Of a DNA stretch of 64,000 nt, positions 56,216 through 64,000 are shown piece by piece. The DNA comes from Pelomyxa schiedti (taxonomy: Eukaryota; Protista; Evosea), in assembly GCA_020536535.1 (NCBI GenBank), contig JAHLWZ010000833.1, positions 1-64,000 of the forward strand, read 5' to 3'. The notes beneath the pieces are model-generated. The model was given only the letters and a program-made list of their open reading frames with translations. It searched no databases and had not been told where the DNA came from. The position numbers were made by a program, and so were the translations under genes. The first letter of the stretch is position 1; the number at the start of each line of letters is the position of its first letter.

Positions 56216-57030
56216 ATGTTCTCGCTTGTGTCCGGATGTTGGCAGTACCTGCTACAAAAGAAGGAGTACTATGTGCTTTTGTTGGGTCTACAAAACTCCG
56301 GAAAAACTGTGTGTTGCTGTTATTTTGTGTACCCGACGCTAGATCTGATATTGTTGTATTGTCCTCAAGGTTAGACACTCCTAGAACAAACAAAGGCACT
56401 GTACAACACAAAACAGCATTATCACCCAACAGCGGCATATAGCCCAACGATGGGTCTAAACGGTACTTGCATCGCCCGCTCATGCACTCGTGAACCCACA
56501 TGTTTTACAGTTGGCAGGATAGAAGTTGGCTCAATTAAACTTGTGATGTGGGACTTGGGTGGGCAAAAGGCTTTGCGCTCAATATGGTCCAAGGCATTTT
56601 GCATGGATTAATGCTTGCCTTTTCTAAATACCAGTAGTTCTACCATGGGGCTCATGCTATTATATTTCTTGTTGATTCATGTGACGTGGAGCATTTAGAG
56701 GAAGCAAAAGAAGAACTTGGTACACTTCATTTGTTACTTTCTTATAACAAACCAAAAAAAAAGTGAACGTGCAACGACACATGGACCTGCACGGGGTTCC
56801 GATACTCGTAATTGCCAACAAGCAGGAATGTGATACTGCCATGGACATGTGTAAGATAGAATCTTTGTTGTCTGTCGGAACCACCCTGACAATAAAGGCT
56901 GCCTCGGCTGCTGATGGGTTGTTCCCCATTTGTCTGTTTCTTTTTCCTAATACGCACTAGAACCGGTGTGCACGAATGTATAAGTTGGATCACAGAGGCT
57001 ATTAGATATAGCCCAAGAAATGTCTCTTAA
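56216..57030 (+). CDS. ARFRP1: ARF-related GTPase, ARFRP1/Arl3p type
   Basis: MFSLVSGCWQYLLQKKEYYVLLLGLQNSGKT, PTMGLN, WDLGGQKALRSIW and ANKQE; it lacks Gly2 and begins MF, as ARFRP1 does. Confidence 0.85.
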
Positions 57031-57094
57031 TGTTTGGTTTTTTGAACTCGTATTAAAATTGTTGATAGTTGAAGAAATTTTCCTCCTTTTTTCT

Positions 57095-57917
57095 TTAATG
57101 TTTCTTCTTCTTATCCCTCTTTTTGTCCTTCTTTGCCTTCTTGTCCTTCCTGCACAAGTTAATGGCTTTAAAATGTAAAGTGGAAGAAAGCATTCCTGAG
57201 GTAATTCTTTGAAAACTCCTTGAGTTGCTCAGGTGTAATTCCATAAGGAGAGCACAACTGAAGCCTTTGTTGCTTGTGCACACTTTCGAGCTGTGCCTTT
57301 TGGTGGTCCAACTGTTGCTTGAGCATTGACTTCTGAAGCCCAGAGGCACGGGGGTCATAAGCTTCCCATTGCTTAAGGTTAGACATCGAAGCCTTGAACT
57401 CCCCCTTGGACTGTTTGAGCTCGGCCTTCTGCTGCTTTATAAGGGAGCGGTACTGCTGAGCGAGGAGCACGAGGCCCGGCGACGGCTGCTGTGGTCCCAT
57501 CATCGGGGCGCACGACGCGGCGACCGGGGCCACGACCGGGGCCATCATCACGGGCTGCTGAGCCTGGTGCTGCTGCTGCTGCTGGGCGGCGGCCATCATG
57601 GTGGCGGAGGCGACCATCGACTGGAACTGCTGCTGGTACACGCTGAGCATCTGCTGCTGCTGGGCCAGCATCTGCTGCTGGGCGATGCACTGGCGGAGCA
57701 GCTGGTCGTAGGGCACGAGGCAGGCGCCTGTGGGGGAGGCCGAGGTAGACGGGGAGGAGGGGCTGGGCGAGAGGAGCGAGGCGGGCGGGGGGGCCGCGCA
57801 GAGGGTGGCGGGCGAGGCGTAGGCGGGGAGGGTCAGGATCGCAGGGGGAGGGGTCGTGGTCGGGGACGACGACGACGTCAGCGTAGTCGCGGTGGCGGTG
57901 GTCGTGGGAGTGATGAC

Positions 57918-57950
<33 letters not shown>

Positions 57951-58131
57951 TGGGAGTTGGTGGAATGTGAGTTCCTGTTGTTGCTGTTGCTGTTGCTGGT
58001 GCTGAGCATCGGGAGTGGGGACAAGGAGGCCCAACCCAGTGAAGCAGTTGTTGTTATGAGCGCACTAATGAATGTGAGAGGGGAAGAATTATGTGACACC
58101 ACACCGCTTGGGAAGACGAGCTCAACGACAT
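57095..58131 (-). CDS. PolyQ / low-complexity protein with coiled-coil and lysine-rich tail
   Basis: Long GC-rich exon (57168-58034 frame), short first exon MSLSSSSQA and last exon KDKKAKKDKK; no known domain. Confidence 0.55.
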
Positions 58132-58358
58132 CAATTTTTTTTTTCTTGTTGTTGACTTTTTACACTGCCAACCGACGGAACACTGAGAACAGACAAGTTG
58201 GAATTCACTCTAACCACCACTCTTTCTCTGGTGCCACACGAGGAGCTGGAAGTCGGAACAGTGCTTCCGGGTATGTCGGCTGCGCGAAGTGATGGTACAG
58301 TGATGGAGATGTGCAGGGGGAGCGGGTTTTCGGCGTAGTGTAATTGGCTACTTAATAA

Positions 58359-59963
58359 ATGTTTTCCTTGTTTTCCAAACCCGCGCCGCCAAAGGAAACA
58401 ACAACCAGTGGCCACATCAGGACCCCCAGCACCACAAACAACAGCACCCTCACCACCAGCGGCAGCACGTCCACCACCACCACCAACGCCAACAACAGCT
58501 CCAACAGCAGCACAACCAACAATAGCAGTAGTACCACCACCGCCACCGCCGCCGCCGCCTCCTCCACACCCAGCAACGCCAACAACAACAACAACAACAA
58601 TGCCAACGCCAACACCAGCAATGCGCCATCGTCGTCGCCCTCTTCGTCTGCGTCGTCGGGGAGCACAGGAGCCATGACGGCGTCGACGTCCTCGTCGTCG
58701 CTGTCGTCGGACGGGGGCGCGGGGCGGGGCCACGAGCGCGACAAGGTGGCGGAGAAGCTGGCGAGGGAGATGGCGGAGCTGCGGGGGGAGTACGAGCGCA
58801 GGATACACACCATCGCAAAGTGCCTGCAAGACAAGGCCGAGGAGAACATCGACTTGGCAACCAGTGCGCGGCGTTGCTGCTGCTTAAACTAACTACCTTT
58901 CGTTTGTGGGTGTTGCGTTGCTCCCGTGGTGATTGTTGGGCCCTTGGCTTCGCGGCGCGGCTTGTTTTTTTTGGTTGTTTGTTGTATTGCGGATATAGAT
59001 GAATGTGTTTCTTTCAATTAATTAAAGGCAACCCACACAACTTTCTTATTGGTACTATGTAGAACTGAAGACTGTACAAAATAAGGCAGTAATGTTGGAA
59101 ACAACTGTAAAACAATCTAGTGAGGCCGTGAGGCAGAAGGAAGAAGAAATACACAGACTTCAGCACGAAAAAAAGCTGGAGCAGGTTTGCGTTATTCAGC
59201 AGAATCACTATTCCTCATACTCTATAGGACACTGTAGCAGAGATGCAACGAAGACTTTTAACTCTAACCTCTTCATTAGAGGCACTTGCAGAGGACAACA
59301 TCAACATGGCCAAGTCAAAAGGCATGGAGTACAGCACCAAACCCTCTGCCGCCTCGGTGCCATCAAGAAAGTCCCTCACCCTATCAAAATCATCTTCACA
59401 GCCCCCACGCGCCACATCACCACCGCAAATTGTAGATACTCCGGCCCCGTCTTCCGAAGAGAACGCAATGCTCAGAGATGAACTGAAGCGTGCAAAGGTT
59501 GAGCTCGCCAGTGTTTCGCAACGCATTTCCGAACTAGAAGGAAAGCTTTCGCGTTCAGAGTCAGAGTTAGCCAATGCCAAGAAGACTTTGAGGGTGTGCA
59601 ATATCTTCCCATTTCATTTTCGCATTTTCAGTGCTAACTGCACCCATTAACGTTTCCCGTTCCCTTTTTCAGGAGGAGCAAGCTCAGAGGCAAGCCTACA
59701 AGGATTCCAATGACGCGTACGAACGCAAGTTGATTGAACTTGAGGAAAAGATGCAAGACAGCCTCAATCAAGAAGGAGAACGACGGTGTGAGGCTGAGCA
59801 GCAAGCCAAGAGATTCAAGAAAAAAGTCGGGGAGCTGGAATTCCTGCTCAAGGAAATGGACAGTGATTCTGATGATGACGAGAGCAACGACGAAGGAAAC
59901 GACACCAAGAAGAAGGCCAAAGGGGAGGATTCTGATGAAGAGGACTCAGATTCTGACAGTTAA
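58359..59963 (+). CDS. Coiled-coil protein with N/S/T-rich N-terminus and acidic C-terminus
   Basis: ORFs 58359-58892, 59243-59650 and 59631-59963 with heptad character, separated by introns. Confidence 0.6.
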
Positions 59964-60134
59964 TCAAATACCAACAACCCCTTTAATTCCCCCCTTCTGA
60001 GACCAGTTCGTTTTTTCACCCCTTTTCGCTGTGACTGGTGGGCGGCCATCAGTTAATTTTTTACCGTTACCGGAAAGTGCCAACCGGAAAAGATCTACGT
60101 TTGGTTGGTGGATCAACAAACGATTAAAAAAACA

Positions 60135-63100
60135 ATGGACAGAAGAGTGCCCAGAGAGATCTTGGTGCGGTGTTTTGTGTGGCTGGAAGACTTCAGAGGT
60201 ATGACGTGCATTGTGTGTTCCAACTCAAGTGTGGCAGATCTCGTTGCACTGTCGGCAGTGTGCAAAAGTTTCCGGACTGCTAGTGAGGATGACAGTCTCT
60301 GGGAAAAGCAACTGAATCGCGTGTTTGGGTGCGATTGGGAACGGCAAAAACACACCCCACTCAAATTTGTGTTTATACACACGTACAAGACAAGGTTTTC
60401 AGTTTCACTTTACGTGTTTCTTTACCTCACTGGGACCAGGTTAAGACCTCCTTCTCCAGTTGGATCCCTCTCGTTTACCGTCATACCTGAACTATGGCGC
60501 AATGACGGTGCCTTTCTATCAGAAATCCCAGTGATCAAATGCAACACTGCAGAGATACCAGACAGTCAAGGCATTATTTCAAGTAAAAACGGGATACTCT
60601 AATATGCCACTAAAATATAATACAAGATGTTTTACTAGAAAATGTTGAAGATGAAACACTCAGCATAGAGGAGTTACTTGAGAAGAAGAAAGTGGTATGT
60701 GTGAATTTCTAGTTTATTCCATTTATTCTCTTAGAAACTACTCCTTTCTGATGATGTGTCCTCACCAGCAGCAGATACATCTACAACAACGCCAATTGTG
60801 TCCGAAACGAATCAACCTTCACCAGAAGCCTCAGGTATATCCAGGCTCTCCACCCCTGATGCCACAGTGCAACAGACAGACAACAGTTCCACTTCTAAAC
60901 CTGGTAACTTATAGTTGCCATTGGATACAAACTCACTTTGGCATTTTTCTTTCCAAAAAGCACAACCTGAGTGGCCACAAAGCAAGACAAGAAAAACTTT
61001 TATCAATCGGAAACAGACAGCAATAGGGCCGCAGAGAAAACTTGTATGTGAATCCATATTTTCGTGTGTAGTGAAATAGCACCCCAGTCGGGAAGTACAT
61101 TTTTGAAACGTGCTGTACTTCCTGTGAAACCTGCGTCTATTGCCCTAGAAACTTCAGAAACATCCTTTCAGGAATTACTTGAACTCCCACAATGTAAAGA
61201 TATCAAAAATGCCGTAGAATCGTGGTCTCCCCATAATAATGAGTCTCTCTCATTTGTATTACAGATTCATCAAGACTTTTGACAAAAAAGTAAGAGGAAT
61301 GACTATGGAGGCAGAAACAAAAGTAATGATGAATTTCCTTGCCTCAGCTGAGTACACATTGCACTGCAATTCGCCGTGGAAAGAGATGCCACCCGACCTG
61401 TTTCTAATGGCGAAGATGAGTATGAAGACATATCTTTTCAGCCATCTATACAACAAGTACAGACGCAGAAACTTCTTTTCCCATTCTTATTCTCTTTTCA
61501 GTCTTTTTGTGAAAAAATCTCTTCAAGAAAAGGATACCAAGCTATTCAAGCACATCCTCAATTTGCGTTCTGTTGTAGCACCAAAACACTTGGAGATCAA
61601 TAGTCAAATTGATTACGCTCTTGTGGAAAGTGCAGTTAAAGGTTTAAGCTCGCTCACTTTCCTTTGTCTCATGTTTTTGAAGAATTAGAAGGACTAGACA
61701 CTGTTATTACACCATATGAAAAGATTGTTTGTATATTGAATTCATGCAAAGTTCTTTTGTGTACGTTTCTTTTCGAACTTCCTTTTCCTTTAGTCATGTA
61801 ACAAGGAGCCAGTTTCACTGAAGTCCAGTGGTGTGGCAGTTAGTGCTGACGATTTTTTGCCCATGTTTATCTTCATGGTCATTCAGGCCGATATTCCAAA
61901 GCTTGCATCCAACATTTCGTAATACCCAGCATGTATTTTTTAAAAAAATAACTGAATCAGATTCATTGGGAGATTTGTAGATCCAGAAGAACGTCTTGGT
62001 GAAGCATTTTGCTATTTTACACATCTTGCTTCCGCAGTAACATTTATTGAATCGATGACTCCTCCGATTCCCGATCCGGCTCCTGAAACCCCTGTTGCCC
62101 CACGCAAGTAGTGTATTGTGTTTTCTATCTTCTTTTTTCACCATACTAGAGATTCCGCGTCTCCTCAAACTTTTGATGACAATCCCTGCAATGTATCATC
62201 TGTGTCACCATCACTTCCATCTCCTGCATCCAGTACAACTTGGTGCGTACTGCCCATTAAATATTTCCGGTTCCAAATACCATAGGCACCCAGCACGGAA
62301 AATGACGGCATACTCGAGCCCTGTTCCGCGGATGTTGTCTGAGGAAAATTCATGCCTTCCCTCAAGCAGTCCTGTTCAAACTTCGAGTGGAAGTGAGGTA
62401 TCATCTCCTGAATCTGAGGATAGAAACAAAATACTCCAACTTGGTAATCTTACATTACTATTACTTAACCACTTACGCAAGCTCTAGGGATTACTCTTTC
62501 ACAAGATATTATATCTTCCTTTGCTCCGACATTTATTACCCTTAGTATTCCTGTATGGAGTCTTCTGTGTTAACACGTATTCACCATTAAGACAGGTTTG
62601 TAGTATTATAGCTGTTGGCACTGGTGAAGTCTGGGTAGGAACCGGTACCGGAAAAGTGATTGTATACCAAGATAGTACTGAATATGTGTGCACGATTGAT
62701 GTTCATACATCTCCAGTACATGCCCTTTGCGTGGACCAGGGGAACGCCTGGTGCAGTTCCGACGAAGGTGCTCTTTTTTGCATTGGAGTGGCATCACACA
62801 CGGTTATTAGCAAGGTATGCTGCATATTTCCTTCCAAGTTTTCAACCCTTTACAGGTGGTAGTTCATGACAAGTTGCACCAAACTATACAACTTGTAATG
62901 ACACAAATTCTAGAACAGACTTCCACTTGCGTTTTAAGTGTGGCATCCTCCTCCATATCCTGTCACGCAGTTCAGCTGAATTCTCAGAGTGGTCTTGTCA
63001 CTAACTCCATTGTGCTTCCTCATCCTGTATGGTGTGCTGTTCAACGGAACTCAGTTTTGTGGCTCGGCTGCAACAGAGGATGCATTGTTTTGCTTGATTC

Positions 63101-63581
63101 CAGTAACCTCAGCTTGCAGAGCGAATTGCATCTTCCTACACAGTATACTCATCCCATAGCCTCACTTGCATGCACGACCAATCATGTGTGGGCAGCTGTT
63201 GGTGGGTTACTTATAGCCATTGAAGTCACTTCTGGATCCGTTGTGATGAGCACCGGTGTTATACAACAGGAAATACCAACCGCAGTTTGTGTGAAAGTCT
63301 GCACGGACTTTCTCTTCACTGCACACACCAGTGGAAAACTGGCCTGTTGGGACAAAGGCACTGGGGAGTGTCTTCACTTATTCAACCCACACAAGAGCAG
63401 AGGAACACAACCACAACAAACAATCACCAGTGGTGGCAACACTCACTCTCACACGGAGGACGACGCCGACATAGGCGTGAGGGTAGCACTGCTTGAGGTT
63501 GTGAAAACCTCAGGAAGCACACTGTCACTGTGGAGCACATTCCGTACCACAGAATCCGAAGGCCTTGTTGCCTGGAGGTAG
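60135..63581 (+). CDS. F-box + VPS9 (Rab5 GEF) + C-terminal beta-propeller protein
   Basis: F-box VPREILVRCF..DLVALSAVCKSFR..DDSLW; VPS9 PYEKIVCILNSC, SADDFLPMFIF, LGEAFCYFTHLASAVTFI; WD-like blades VWVGTGTGKV, LWLGCNRG and SGKLACWD. Confidence 0.8.
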
Positions 63582-63648
63582 TAACTGGAATATCTCCCCA
63601 CCAAGTAACACAGTTTAATATAGGTTTTTGTTATTATTACTACCATTA

Positions 63649-64000
63649 CTACGGCGTTGTCAGTTTTTCCTTCTCACTGGCACTACCAGTACCAGTACCT
63701 CCATCATCATCTTTCTTGTGGTGATTGCGGCTGTTGGGCCTACCTCCAGTCCTGAAGAGTGGGTTTGGGAGCGGTGGGATGTACGACGTGGCAACGGACT
63801 CGACGTTGACGATTGGCTTCTCGCCGGCGAGGTACCACAGGCCAGCTATGAAGAAGCTCGTGAGAACGAGGCCGGCCCAGTCTTGGGTGTAGTCGAGGTC
63901 GTTGTATATGTAGGGCGTCACGCGACTGGTGGCAATCAACCATATCATCTCAGGGTGGAACTGTGTGTGTGTGTGGAGTGAGGGGGATAGAGAAGAGAAC
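63649..64000 (-). CDS. 3' end of a membrane protein gene (truncated by window end)
   Basis: Last exon with two hydrophobic segments (IWLIATSRV, WAGLVLTSFFIAGLWY). Confidence 0.45.
   Translation of the reverse strand, partial: FSSLSPSLHTHTQFHPEMIWLIATSRVTPYIYNDLDYTQDWAGLVLTSFFIAGLWYLAGEKPIVNVESVATSYIPPLPNPLFRTGGRPNSRNHHKKDDDGGTGTGSASEKEKLTTP

Noticed and set aside
57150-57195. Apparent non-canonical GA-AG intron in the polyQ gene
   Set aside because: A canonical GT donor about 20 nt upstream (aagga|gtttt) gives the same downstream frame, so GA-AG is not required.
57369-58829. Long opposite-strand ORFs in GC-rich regions (also 34632-35225 and 26597-27220)
   Set aside because: Shadow frames of GC-rich or low-complexity exons on the other strand.
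63649-63948. PAP2 phosphatase call from the SRV motif
   Set aside because: The HxxxD catalytic motif is missing and the gene is truncated.

Overview
Gene-dense eukaryotic DNA with many short (about 35-70 nt) spliceosomal introns, so the ORF track shows only exon fragments. The style suggests a protist, possibly an amoebozoan such as Pelomyxa; this is inference only. By manual splicing I support about 24 protein-coding genes. They include a RUN/coiled-coil protein, TMEM115, an Ariadne RBR E3, a WD40 protein, an M28 aminopeptidase, a GATA factor, an ABCC transporter, a DENN protein, PDCD2, a FAAP100-like protein, a bacterial-type GTPase, a PqiA-domain membrane protein, an EF-hand protein, a NadM-like/methyltransferase fusion, PLAC8, ARFRP1 and an F-box-VPS9-propeller fusion. 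The most striking item is absent as a whole from the ORF track: a 3-exon gene (35831-35265, minus) encoding a 159-aa stand-alone bacterial-type CZB (zinc/HOCl-sensing) domain with all four Zn ligands and a eukaryotic MGC lipidation N-terminus. It lies between two other bacterial-type genes. A decayed region at about 40-49.9 kb holds a Tc1/IS630 transposase remnant, a 1.37-kb CpG-free block, three copies of a degenerate repeat, an inverted copy of part of TMEM115, and several long near-perfect hairpins. Family calls come from motif recognition by eye, not from database searches, and gene ends are approximate where stated.
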